From contig DBRB01000019.1 in assembly GCA_002305475.1 (NCBI GenBank), forward strand, positions 56,022 through 120,021: a stretch of 64,000 bases of DNA, read 5' to 3'. The position numbers and the translations under genes were made by a program. Origin of the DNA: a candidate division WWE3 bacterium UBA1379. GTDB taxonomy: Bacteria > Patescibacteriota > WWE3 > UBA101185 > UBA10185. This document shows, in pieces, positions 50,840 through 60,701 of the stretch. Each line of letters opens with the position of its first letter. Within the stretch, counting starts at the first letter, position 1. A model generated the notes under the pieces. The model was not told the DNA's origin. It did no database searches and saw only the letters and a list, made by a program, of their open reading frames with translations.

Positions 50840-51730
50840 ATGCAGGATAGATTTACCTATAAAGAATTCTTGAAAAAGTATAAAGATGATGACATCTGTC
50901 TTGAGGAAATCAAAAATCTGCGCTTCCCTGGTGGCATTACCTGCTCTTCCTGCAAAAAGATCACCAACCACTACCGTATAAAAAGCAAAAAAGTCTATTC
51001 ATGCGAATTTTGTGGAACTCAGGTGAGTCCTTTAGCAGGAACAATCTTCCATAAATCCTCCACGTCATTACAAGACTGGTTTATGGCAATCTACCTTATG
51101 ACTCAAACGAGAAGCGGCACCTCTGCTAAGCAACTACAGCTCATGCTTGGTGTTACCTATAAAACAGCGTGGAGAATGTACAAACAAATTAGAACCCTCA
51201 TGGCTGAAAATTCCGTCACTCCTCTTAATGGAGATGTTGAAATAGATGAAACATACATAGGCGGAGAGGGAATGAATCGGAGATTTAAACCACATTTTAA
51301 CGAAATCCCCAAAGAAGCTGTTATGGGCATGCTCCAAAGGGGTGGAAAAACATATCTTAAACATATTAAAGGAACTGGCAAATGGTATTTGATCGAACAA
51401 ATCAAAACTCATGTTGACCCAGTTGCAAGGCTTATCACCGATGAACTCGCTGCTTACAGAAATCTACCCAAACATGGTTACACGCTTCACGATGTTGTAA
51501 ACCACTCAGAAACGTATGTGGCTGGAGGTATACACACCAACAATATCGAAAACGTGTGGTCTATTATCAAGCGAGGAATATACGGAGTCTACCGAAATGT
51601 TTCGAAAAAATACCTGCAAGCCTATATTGACGAATACGCCTTTAGGTTTAACTACCGCAATCAAGATGAAAATATGTTCTACACACTTCTCAGACAAGTG
51701 GTTAACGTGAGGTTGGTTTCAGTTTTTTAA
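50840..51730 (+). CDS. IS1595-family (ISXO2-like) DDE transposase with N-terminal zinc ribbon
   Basis: 296 aa. CSSCKK…CEFCG zinc ribbon. DDE-domain region. C-terminal …KYLQAYIDEYAFRFNYRNQ matches the IS1595-family …YL(D/Q)E(F/Y).FR(F/Y)N.R signature. ~80-85% identical to ORF 61462..62355. Confidence 0.8.
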   Translation: MQDRFTYKEFLKKYKDDDICLEEIKNLRFPGGITCSSCKKITNHYRIKSKKVYSCEFCGTQVSPLAGTIFHKSSTSLQDWFMAIYLMTQTRSGTSAKQLQLMLGVTYKTAWRMYKQIRTLMAENSVTPLNGDVEIDETYIGGEGMNRRFKPHFNEIPKEAVMGMLQRGGKTYLKHIKGTGKWYLIEQIKTHVDPVARLITDELAAYRNLPKHGYTLHDVVNHSETYVAGGIHTNNIENVWSIIKRGIYGVYRNVSKKYLQAYIDEYAFRFNYRNQDENMFYTLLRQVVNVRLVSVF

Positions 51731-51851
51731 CACCAACCGATTTTTTTAATATGTCTTCAAAAGGTTTTATCTCCTCTTTGAGGTTGTTTTCTTTCTTTAG
51801 GTTTTCCATTTCTTGAGTAAAAGCCTTTTTCTTCTGGTTAATAGATTTCAT
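51704..51851 (-). CDS. Small conserved antisense ORF at the IS1595 3' end (~49 aa), copy A
   Basis: Hand-translated MKSINQKKKAFTQEMENLKKENNLKEEIKPFEDILKKSVGVKKLKPTSR. Overlaps the transposase 3' end convergently. A paralogous ORF is present in IS copy B with conserved residues (QEME.LK, KKLKP.SR). Confidence 0.35.
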
Positions 51852-51854
51852 ATT

Positions 51855-54800
51855 TTATTTATTCTTCTTTTTTAATTTTACAACTATAACCACCAGAATA
51901 ACTATAACAAAAGTTAAGATTCCGATAATTCCATATGATAATGGTGAGATTGAAAGTGGTTTTTCTTGGACGGTAACATTAAGAGCAAACTCCTTAACAT
52001 CTCCCTCTAGATTTATTGATTGTTCACCTACAAATCTGCCGTAGGCAATAATGACTCGGTGGTCACCTGGTTCTACATTATAAAATTCTGCGATACCATC
52101 GCCATCTGTGGTAGTTTCTTGGACTTTTGAGTGCATTGTAACTTTGGCTCCGACTACTGCATCGCCTTTAGTATCAGATACTTTTACTTTGACTTTATAT
52201 CCTTCAGCCTTATCAATAATTTCCGTAGACTTTTCCTGATCCTCTTGACTGTTATTACAATTTATTTTGAGTTCCCAACCACTATTGAGATTATTTGATG
52301 ACCCAAGTGAAGGGTACTTGCCTTTGTTTTGTTCAATTATCTCCTTGTATTTATTGCCGTCTCCCAGTTTCTCCTGAGCTATCGACCACAAACTATCACC
52401 TGATTTGACTGTATATGTTTGACAAGAATTAGCTTGAGTTGACTTCTCTTCTGCAATTGATGTTAATTCAGAATTTGTTATCTCTAAATTGTTTGCAGAA
52501 ACATAACCCCAGGTTTTGGCTGAGATTTCTTGGGACCAATTACCAGCGGCACAGCCATTACCGGCCCTAATCCTAAAGTAGTATCTTGTATTAGGTGAAA
52601 GAGACTTAACCAAATATTCTCTTGTGCCTTTATCTCCAATTGTTGTTGCTCCCCAAATATATTTCCCTGGTTCGGTGCCAAACTCCAGGGCATAGTGTTC
52701 GACTGGGTCACTAGCAGAACCAAATTGCAATAAAATAGAATCGGTGCCTCTGGCAGTTGCTCCCCAGAGTAGCGGTGTACTTCCTGGCGCAGTTTTATCA
52801 CAACTAGGGGCGGAAGCAGAAGAATTACTGCTTGAGGAAGAATCTGAACTGTTGGCATTGATCGTAACTGTGTTTATCGTATCTGTACCACTAGAGGAAT
52901 AGGCGGACGAATTTTCTGCCAGGTCAGCCGATTTGACTCGAAAATACCAGGTTCCATCAGCAAGAGCAGTAGAATGGGTATATGAATTTGTTGTTGAAGT
53001 GTCTGTATTTGAATCACAACCTGTAAAACCAGAGTTAGAACACCACTGAACTGAATAGGGGGAAGTAGACAAACCGGAACCGGTATCAGTTGATGCTGTC
53101 CAAGACCAGGTTGGGGTATTGTCAGTGGTTAATGAGGCAGTCGATGGAGTTCCGGGAGTGGTAGGTGCAGTTGTATCTAAGGTAAACGCTCCGGTATTGT
53201 AGGATGAACCCTGATTTGTTAACGAGTCTCTATACTGCACATATACTGTCCTTGATCCTTCAGTAGTTCCACAGCCGTAAGCTGCAGCTCCCGGCTTGAT
53301 ATCAAAATCAGTTTTGGGAGTAGCATACGCTTCCCAGGCAGTCCAGGTGGCATTGTCGCAAGAAAAGCGCATCTGCGCTCCGGTTACACCCACCCCCGCA
53401 TCGGCAATGGTTAATGCAAGGGAGGGAGTATTATCGTTGGTTGGATCAGTTGCCTGAATGATTGTCCCTGTCGGTCCGGTCGTATCAAAATTTGTAGAAT
53501 CACTGACAATACCTGATTCATTTCCCAGTGCATCCTTCAGTTTTGCGCTGATTGTCTTTGCTCCGTTTATTATGCTGCAGCCTGTTGCTCCTGTAGTGAT
53601 GTCAAAAGAGGAAATGGTATCAGAGTATGCCATCCAGGCAGACCAGTTAGTGCCGCCGTTACAGGAGAAAGCAGCATGCGTCGGTGTACCTGTCTGGGTT
53701 ATCGCAATTGAAGGAGTAGAATCATTGGTGTATCCTCCAGTGTCTGTAATAGCAATAGAGGTTAAGGCAGGTCCTGTGACGTTCCAGGTTACAGAATTAT
53801 CTGAAGTTGTTGATGCATTATTAGGATTGCCGGCTGCGTCATGGGCTTTATCTGCAGCAACACTTACCGTAACTGTTCCTGATCCGGTCATTCCCGATAC
53901 TGCCACATTGTACGTCGTTCCTGATCCCGTAACTGTCGCTGTGGTTGCCCCGGCTGTCCCTCCTAAAGTAACATCACCGGTGGTAAAGTCAGAAACAGAC
54001 TCTGAAAATTCAACAGTAAAATTAATCGGTGAGACATTGGTTGGATCTGACTGTCCCACAGCCTGGTTGATGGTTACATCAGGATTAGTAGTATCAACCG
54101 TCAGTGTCCCTTCTGATTCTTCACTTTCATTACCTGCCAAATCTATGGCTTTGACAAAGAAGTTGTAAATGCCTTCTGCCAGGTTGGTAACCACATTAGT
54201 TAATGCTGTTGTCCCTGAGGTAATTGCTGACCCTGTTGTCCTCCAGGCATACTGCAATACACCTGACACTGCATCGGTCGCCGCCGACCAGGTCCAAGTT
54301 TGCGAAGTCTGGTTGGTTGGAGAGGCAGGTGTAGGTAAAGGAGTGCCAGGTGTACTTGGCGCTCCGGTATCCACTTTGACAGTATTAGCTCCAGTGTAAG
54401 TTGCTTGTTGAGATAGATTATCTGAAACAAGGTGGCGATATTGATAGCAGTTTCCTGAACTAACATCAGTATCTATTAAATTTGGGTAGCTGCCGCTAGG
54501 AGAGATAGCTGAAAAGCTACCGTAAATAGTACATATTCCTAAAATTAAGGGCGCAGATCTTCTCTGAATAATTCTTGATGAGGTATTTACTCCGGAGCCT
54601 GTGCCGTCTGAACCGTCTGCAACAGTTAAAGAAACGGAAGCTATCGTATAGTAACCATCAGTGTAGGTCATTGATCCTCCTGTCGGAGCAGTCGTGTCAT
54701 AAACTGTTGAATCAGAAGCAGTAGATGACTCATTACCTGCTAAGTCCTTCAGCTTTGCAGTTATCGCTTTTGATCCATCGGAAGACGTACAGCCTGTTGC

Positions 54801-57800
54801 ACCATTAGTGACATCAAAAGAAGAGATAGTATCTGAGTATGCAATCCAGGAAGACCAGTTAGTGCCTCCGTTACAGGAGAATGCTACGTGAGTTGGTGAG
54901 CCTGAAGAATTTATGTTAATGGTCGGAGTTGAATCGTTCGTATAGCCCGAAGAATCAGAAATGGTAACTGAAGTTAACGTCGGTGCGGTTTCATCATTTA
55001 GCAGAATTATTGCATCCTCAGACTCTAAAGTAATCGAGCCTACTTCACTGCCGTCATTATATCTGGTTGTTGTTTCTAATCTCACAGCATCGGCAACTAC
55101 AGTACCTGTAGTTCCGGCTCCTGAAAAGACAACACTAGAAGTATCAGTAGTTGTGAAATTGTATGTTCCCAATTCATGCCAGCCTACTGAACCGGTTGTC
55201 TCGTTTAATGTAGTCGTATCTGTACTCCCTGCATGATTTATCGTTACGGAGACATTAGCCCGGTTACTTCCGCTTGGAGCAACCCAAGCATATACAACGT
55301 AATTCCCGTCATACTCAATCACCGGGTTATATGTGACAGTAGCTGCCGGATTACTGCCGGTAATAGTTTTAAAAGTACTGCCGAATTGGTTTGGATAGGA
55401 GGTGCTGGTAGATGCAGTATTGGTCCAACCGCCTGATACCACTGTGGTTGAGTCATCATCATCTACCCGGGTGTAATACAAGGGTGCCTGATTACCGTTA
55501 AGTTTTACATAATTTGTACCGAAAATGGATGTTAAATCAATTGTTTTTTCTTCCGGAGTAATATTTACCAACACTCTACCGTTATCGAATGGTCTAGTCC
55601 ATACTCCGATCGTCCCCTCTTGAAACTTAATGTCATCAAAATAAATATCTCCTTCGCTTGTACCAAGATCAATTGTTAACCTCCCTTGATTACTGTTATT
55701 TACCGTTCCTTTCATTATTAGATAAAAATGCTGCCATTCTGTAGTCAAATTAGCTCTTCCATACTTTAAATCAGAATCAAAAGCGGTATCATACTCCCAA
55801 GGATTGACTTGGCGTTGGACTCGCGTGCCACTTAATGTTCTTGCTGGATTAGCTTTTGCCCAGAAAGATAAAGTGTAATATTTATCCACTTCTATGGTTA
55901 AGTTGTTTTGGTAAAAAACAATATAATGCGATCCATCTCCAGCCGGATTCCCCGCAGGAATAGAGATATGCGCTCCCGGTCCGCCGCTAATTCCACCAGT
56001 AGCATCAATGCTTAATGGATTTACAGAGACTCCAGCTCCTGCGGCTTCCAGTGACCAATTGCTTGTTCCGCTGCTGAAATCTCCATTAGCAATATCATCC
56101 GTGCTGCTTAATGTTGGTATCGCTAATGCAGCATCTGCGGTTGGCTGACCTAAATAACCGGTGGTTGTGTAGTCTCCTTGTGTACCATACTCGTCATACC
56201 AATAATTATGTCCATATGAGTAAGGCGACAAATCATACGAAAAGACTCCGTTACCCATTAAAGCTGTAACCAGTCCAAACCTCAGTCTTTTGTAGTCACT
56301 ACCCGCCTCATTGATCATTGCGGTGGGCATATTAGTTACACCTGGCCCGTATTTGCTAGCTATAGCTGCTAAGGAGTTAGTGTTTAAATCCACGATCACA
56401 GGTGTTTGCTCGCCATTACTGATCCAATTTTTATAGTAATTAACGGTATCAATCCAAGGTGAAGGATAATAATCATCTATGTAATTTCTTACGTCATTTT
56501 CTAAAAATCTCCCATTTTCCCACGTACCATAGCTAATAGGTGAACCATTTCCAATGATAATTGCATTAGGGATGGCAGCTCTGATTTGAGCTAAAGCACT
56601 TTCCACTCCGGCTTGATAGGCTGCATTTAGAGTTGCTGTGTTATCTGCTACTCCATCGAGATCCGAATCAATATCTGGTCCGATGGTATTAGTTATAGTT
56701 GTGCCTACCATATCCCAAAACCACCCATCAAAAGCCAAATTGGTCTCCTCCCAATTGTCTACAGCCTGATTAACTAATTGCGTCACACAATAAGCATTAG
56801 TCAGGTTATACATAGGATTCCCGTATGTTCCATTAGTCAGTATTGTCCCTGAGGTATTTCTAAACATACATGGGTAACCAGGATCACCGGGTGAAGCGTT
56901 TAACCATGTACTGTAAACATTATGTGCAAGATAGGAACCGGCCTGGCCATACGTTAAATCCTGGGTCATCAATACTTTTGCCTTGGAATTAATTGCCCTA
57001 ATCGCATTTGCTCTAGATTGGGCGGTGGCATTACTTGACCAGGATATCCACGTATTGTAGCCTGCGAAATAATCATTTTGATACGACCCTCCGTAAGACC
57101 CCCATTGGTTATACAGCCTAGGATATCCAGCATCAAAGGTCCCCATCTTTCTTAACTGGGTGGTAACTTCCATGCTGTCGGCCGATCTTCCGGTAGCTGG
57201 AGTGTCATCGCATCGAACATAAAAGGTTCGAGTGGTAATAGTATTCCAATTACTAATTGAGGTACTGTGCGCAGTTGTTCCCTGACCAGTTGTAAAATTA
57301 TTGGTCATACTGGCATATGGAGTATCAGGCGATTCGCTATAACGGCAATTTGCATTAGCCCAGGTAGTTAAACTAAGGGTTGCAGAAGATGTATCTGAAC
57401 TTAATAAACGGTATGACGGTGACAATGAACTCAGTGCGGGGGTGTAATAATATGGTCCCAGATCAAGAGTGTCATTAGCAACATCTGCACTGTTATAACT
57501 CTTAACATGAAGATAATAGGGAATCGAAGAATCCGTACCTGTAGTCAAAGTTAAAGTACCGCTGGTCCATTGAGTTTCTGATTCATTCCATACATGGGTA
57601 GCTGAATTGTCCCATGCCCACCTGAGGTACTGGATCGCACCAGCACCGAAACCTGCGCCATTTGTTACCACATAAGTATTGGGCAAAGTATGTTCTATGG
57701 TTATATTTGACAAAGTTGGAGCCGTGGATAGGGTTGTATATGTAGCATTAGACGAGGGGGAAGAATTTCCATAGGAATTATAGGCGACAACTCTGCGAGT

Positions 57801-60605
57801 ATAGGAAGTATTTGCTGTTAAACTTGATTCTTCACAGTTAACCTCGTTACCCGTTCCGCTGGATGGGGAAGACACGGTGCAAACTGTATTATTTGATAAG
57901 TCCTTTACATAAAAACCATCTTCATTTGAAGCATTATCAATCCAGGACCATGTAATACTGTCGGAGTCAGCAGAATCTCCGGAAAAACTTGTTGGTGGTT
58001 GAGGAGTTGATGATTGAAAATCCAAAGAAAAGCTGGAAAGGTTTGGAGTATTCACTCCATCAGAACTTGCCAGCGTAACGTAATACTGTAAGTACCTATG
58101 ACCGTCAGTAACGCAGTTATTGGAGGAAATGTCGCTACCAGACGATATCGGATCACATCCCGAAAAAGCGGGAGCATCTGACATATCTGAATTATTCGAA
58201 GTACGTACCCTGACCGAGGTCGTAGTGTTGGCTGGCGTACCGGCAGTGTATGTTAAATTGTTCCAAGTCGTGGCCTGTTCAGTATCGAATATGGACGAAG
58301 TCAAAGTGCCACTAGATGCATAAGCTTTATATAAACTAATATCGTCAACATAAACAGTTTTCCCGCCTTTAATTTTTAAACCATAATCACGAGTAGCATT
58401 AGCACCGGTTAGTGTGCCCGTTAACAGATACCAACCGTCTCTTATAAGAGCGTAGGACGTGGTGACAGTACCGCCACTATAATAAAGCTCGGCATCGGAA
58501 TCAGTCACAGCCGAACCTGTTGTATATACACTGGCATTAAGTGTATATGTGCTTGTATCTCCCACATTTACTGATTGGCCAAAAACACCATTACCTTCTG
58601 CTGCGATAACTTTAGCAGACCCGGCACCATTAAGTTTGGTTGTGGCGTCCTGGCTTATTGTCGGTTCTTCCTGTGGGGCTGCATGTACCGGCCAGTTAAT
58701 AAAACCATCAAGAGTATTTTCTGAGTAAGTTGAGAAAAGACCATGATTAGTGTTATTGATGATACTGGAGTCGGAAACAGTAGCTGAACCTATAAAACTG
58801 TCGTTATAGTAAACATTGTATGTTGTGCCGTTTTTAATAACTCTCAACTTCCTTTCAGCCACATACCCTGAAGCATAATTAATGAGTGTCGTATAATGAC
58901 CATCCACCACTTTTTCCAGTTTAGTTCTGGATACGCCATCGTTGTAAACAATAACAAAATTCTGAGGGTTTGAGGTGCTATCAAGATTTAATACAATACC
59001 TGCTTGAGTGTAAGCAGTAACTGTAGGGAGTATTTCAATATTCACATCAGGTGTCGTGTACGAACTGGTTGCAAACAGGGAAGTCAAACTCATTTGTTTT
59101 AATGAAACATCATCATAATAATAGGTATGACCATTCGTTGCGGAAAACAGACCTACTTGGTAGGTAGTTTGTTCGTTTCCAGCAGTATTTATCGTATGTC
59201 CGGTACCTAATAGATTAGTAAAAGTTCCTGCGGATGTACTACGATCTACAATCTTTGTCCAAGGATTATTCTGCATTACCAATTGTGAAGACAAACCGTT
59301 CGTTCCATTAGACTGTACCCAAGAGTTATACAAATACCAATTTCCTAAACCAAGTGTTATGTTCTTTCGGATATTGCTCGCACTGGTAGTAGAAACACAT
59401 TTACTGGAATGAGTCGGACTATTATAAACAGCCGCATCCGATGTATAAGTACAATTACTAGTGCTCCAGCCTGTAGGGGGAGACCCTGTTTCCATATCGC
59501 CGTTAGTAATAAGTTCTGAGCCCAAAGTAGGTGAGTTTTTAGCTTTATTACCGGAAACAGTCCAGGTCGCCGTATCAAATGTCCATGTTTTTTGGGTAAC
59601 AGTTTGAGAATCAGGACCCGTGGTTTCAGTATTACCTAAAGCGCCATCTGTCCGGTTAAATGTATCATAGGCCAAAAGATTAACGGGTGTATCTTTTAAT
59701 GTGTATACTCTGATGTTATCCACTGTAAAAACTGCAGTCGTAGATTGTGCTTGAATCCATGGTCTCTCGTTGCTGTTACCCGTATTCGAAACCCACAACA
59801 AGGTCCAGTTTGTGTATGATCCCCCTTTGATATACCAAGCTAACCCGTTTGCTCTCATCATTGACGCTATCTGGTATGTTGTTCCAGCAGTATATGCACC
59901 GACATTTGAAACCGAAACGCCATTGATGTATATACCCAATATTCCACTGCTTAATAAATTCAAAGATTCAGTCATTACACCACTGGTTCCGGTACTCCAG
60001 CCAATAGATGCCCCACCATTGGTATCTGCTGGGGTAATATTAGCAATTAATGTCAAGCCGGAAGTTCGTGGTTGCGAAGCATAATAAACGCCGTCGTTTA
60101 CCGCGGCTCCGGTTGCAAAACTGAGAACGCCACCCGCAGTGATAGTAATCTTACTGTTGGTGTCAATAACAGTTCTTGTTCCTGGACCCGGTTCAGCTGG
60201 GGTGCCGTTAACACTCCCAGCATCCCTTTGAGTCGTATACTGATCGTATAATGCATAGCTTCCTGTACTCCACCCGGATATATCCGAGTCAAAAGTTGTA
60301 TTAGTTAGCTTTTCTACACCACCGAGTTTTATTTGGTTGGGTGTTGAGAAGACTACATTTGAAGATGTATTAAACTTGGTGACGTCAGAATAAGTAGTTT
60401 GGCCACTCCCGCCTACCCAGTTAGTCTGTGACCAGGGTGAGGATGCTGCGTAAACCGGAGTTACAAAAAGTAAAAAATTCTGAATAATTATATAAAAAGT
60501 GAGAAGAACAGTTGTTAGAAGATGGCGAAACCGTTTACTTAATCTTAATTTTGATAGAGAAACGGTAGCATTTTTCGATAATAATGATCTAATATCGAAG
60601 CCCAT
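51855..60605 (-). CDS. Giant cell-surface protein (2916 aa): N-terminal signal/TM, Thr/Ser-rich Ig/FN3-like repeats, possible glycoside-hydrolase-like TIM-barrel region, LysM, CarbopepD_reg-like domain, C-terminal TM anchor
   Basis: N-terminal hydrophobic LLTTVLLTFYIIIQNFLLFVTPVYA. Two ~100-aa near-identical internal repeats (…SDSSGYTNDSTPTININSSG…FSCNGGTNWS… and …TDTGGYTNDSTPSIAITQTG…FSCNGGTNWS…). FN3-like PTTPGTP…TWSW segments. LysM-like YTVKSGDSLWSIAQEKLGDGNKYKEIIEQN. GYKVKVKVSD…GAKVTM…TTDGDGIAEF (CarboxypepD_reg-like). C-terminal IIGILTFVIVILVVIVVKLKKKNK. Confidence 0.85.
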   Translation of the reverse strand: MGFDIRSLLSKNATVSLSKLRLSKRFRHLLTTVLLTFYIIIQNFLLFVTPVYAASSPWSQTNWVGGSGQTTYSDVTKFNTSSNVVFSTPNQIKLGGVEKLTNTTFDSDISGWSTGSYALYDQYTTQRDAGSVNGTPAEPGPGTRTVIDTNSKITITAGGVLSFATGAAVNDGVYYASQPRTSGLTLIANITPADTNGGASIGWSTGTSGVMTESLNLLSSGILGIYINGVSVSNVGAYTAGTTYQIASMMRANGLAWYIKGGSYTNWTLLWVSNTGNSNERPWIQAQSTTAVFTVDNIRVYTLKDTPVNLLAYDTFNRTDGALGNTETTGPDSQTVTQKTWTFDTATWTVSGNKAKNSPTLGSELITNGDMETGSPPTGWSTSNCTYTSDAAVYNSPTHSSKCVSTTSASNIRKNITLGLGNWYLYNSWVQSNGTNGLSSQLVMQNNPWTKIVDRSTSAGTFTNLLGTGHTINTAGNEQTTYQVGLFSATNGHTYYYDDVSLKQMSLTSLFATSSYTTPDVNIEILPTVTAYTQAGIVLNLDSTSNPQNFVIVYNDGVSRTKLEKVVDGHYTTLINYASGYVAERKLRVIKNGTTYNVYYNDSFIGSATVSDSSIINNTNHGLFSTYSENTLDGFINWPVHAAPQEEPTISQDATTKLNGAGSAKVIAAEGNGVFGQSVNVGDTSTYTLNASVYTTGSAVTDSDAELYYSGGTVTTSYALIRDGWYLLTGTLTGANATRDYGLKIKGGKTVYVDDISLYKAYASSGTLTSSIFDTEQATTWNNLTYTAGTPANTTTSVRVRTSNNSDMSDAPAFSGCDPISSGSDISSNNCVTDGHRYLQYYVTLASSDGVNTPNLSSFSLDFQSSTPQPPTSFSGDSADSDSITWSWIDNASNEDGFYVKDLSNNTVCTVSSPSSGTGNEVNCEESSLTANTSYTRRVVAYNSYGNSSPSSNATYTTLSTAPTLSNITIEHTLPNTYVVTNGAGFGAGAIQYLRWAWDNSATHVWNESETQWTSGTLTLTTGTDSSIPYYLHVKSYNSADVANDTLDLGPYYYTPALSSLSPSYRLLSSDTSSATLSLTTWANANCRYSESPDTPYASMTNNFTTGQGTTAHSTSISNWNTITTRTFYVRCDDTPATGRSADSMEVTTQLRKMGTFDAGYPRLYNQWGSYGGSYQNDYFAGYNTWISWSSNATAQSRANAIRAINSKAKVLMTQDLTYGQAGSYLAHNVYSTWLNASPGDPGYPCMFRNTSGTILTNGTYGNPMYNLTNAYCVTQLVNQAVDNWEETNLAFDGWFWDMVGTTITNTIGPDIDSDLDGVADNTATLNAAYQAGVESALAQIRAAIPNAIIIGNGSPISYGTWENGRFLENDVRNYIDDYYPSPWIDTVNYYKNWISNGEQTPVIVDLNTNSLAAIASKYGPGVTNMPTAMINEAGSDYKRLRFGLVTALMGNGVFSYDLSPYSYGHNYWYDEYGTQGDYTTTGYLGQPTADAALAIPTLSSTDDIANGDFSSGTSNWSLEAAGAGVSVNPLSIDATGGISGGPGAHISIPAGNPAGDGSHYIVFYQNNLTIEVDKYYTLSFWAKANPARTLSGTRVQRQVNPWEYDTAFDSDLKYGRANLTTEWQHFYLIMKGTVNNSNQGRLTIDLGTSEGDIYFDDIKFQEGTIGVWTRPFDNGRVLVNITPEEKTIDLTSIFGTNYVKLNGNQAPLYYTRVDDDDSTTVVSGGWTNTASTSTSYPNQFGSTFKTITGSNPAATVTYNPVIEYDGNYVVYAWVAPSGSNRANVSVTINHAGSTDTTTLNETTGSVGWHELGTYNFTTTDTSSVVFSGAGTTGTVVADAVRLETTTRYNDGSEVGSITLESEDAIILLNDETAPTLTSVTISDSSGYTNDSTPTININSSGSPTHVAFSCNGGTNWSSWIAYSDTISSFDVTNGATGCTSSDGSKAITAKLKDLAGNESSTASDSTVYDTTAPTGGSMTYTDGYYTIASVSLTVADGSDGTGSGVNTSSRIIQRRSAPLILGICTIYGSFSAISPSGSYPNLIDTDVSSGNCYQYRHLVSDNLSQQATYTGANTVKVDTGAPSTPGTPLPTPASPTNQTSQTWTWSAATDAVSGVLQYAWRTTGSAITSGTTALTNVVTNLAEGIYNFFVKAIDLAGNESEESEGTLTVDTTNPDVTINQAVGQSDPTNVSPINFTVEFSESVSDFTTGDVTLGGTAGATTATVTGSGTTYNVAVSGMTGSGTVTVSVAADKAHDAAGNPNNASTTSDNSVTWNVTGPALTSIAITDTGGYTNDSTPSIAITQTGTPTHAAFSCNGGTNWSAWMAYSDTISSFDITTGATGCSIINGAKTISAKLKDALGNESGIVSDSTNFDTTGPTGTIIQATDPTNDNTPSLALTIADAGVGVTGAQMRFSCDNATWTAWEAYATPKTDFDIKPGAAAYGCGTTEGSRTVYVQYRDSLTNQGSSYNTGAFTLDTTAPTTPGTPSTASLTTDNTPTWSWTASTDTGSGLSTSPYSVQWCSNSGFTGCDSNTDTSTTNSYTHSTALADGTWYFRVKSADLAENSSAYSSSGTDTINTVTINANSSDSSSSSNSSASAPSCDKTAPGSTPLLWGATARGTDSILLQFGSASDPVEHYALEFGTEPGKYIWGATTIGDKGTREYLVKSLSPNTRYYFRIRAGNGCAAGNWSQEISAKTWGYVSANNLEITNSELTSIAEEKSTQANSCQTYTVKSGDSLWSIAQEKLGDGNKYKEIIEQNKGKYPSLGSSNNLNSGWELKINCNNSQEDQEKSTEIIDKAEGYKVKVKVSDTKGDAVVGAKVTMHSKVQETTTDGDGIAEFYNVEPGDHRVIIAYGRFVGEQSINLEGDVKEFALNVTVQEKPLSISPLSYGIIGILTFVIVILVVIVVKLKKKNK

Positions 60606-60701
60606 AAGCGTAATCTTTCAGTAAAGATCTTACTCGGGCTTCGTGAGCCTCAAAACTCACAGGTAATTATCTTGTGAATTTGTAATTAAATACTAGTACA
60701 T

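Larger units (their letters stand above)
50786..51851 (+). mobile_element. IS1595-family insertion sequence, copy A (boundaries approximate)
   Basis: Holds transposase ORF 50840..51730 plus a 3' antisense mini-ORF. A ~50-nt left-end segment (CTTTAATTTGGC…TTATCCC…ACGT…TCTGTTAT…ATGCA[G/A]GA) is shared with copy B at 61415. The 3' flanks are also similar up to …TTCAT. No clean terminal inverted repeats could be defined by eye. Confidence 0.7.

Noticed and set aside
52484-55436. Plus-strand ORFs (e.g. 53458..54168, 236 aa) within the giant gene
   Set aside because: Antisense to the Thr/Ser/Gly-rich repeat region. The codon bias of the sense strand (ACN/GGN-rich) suppresses stops on the complement.
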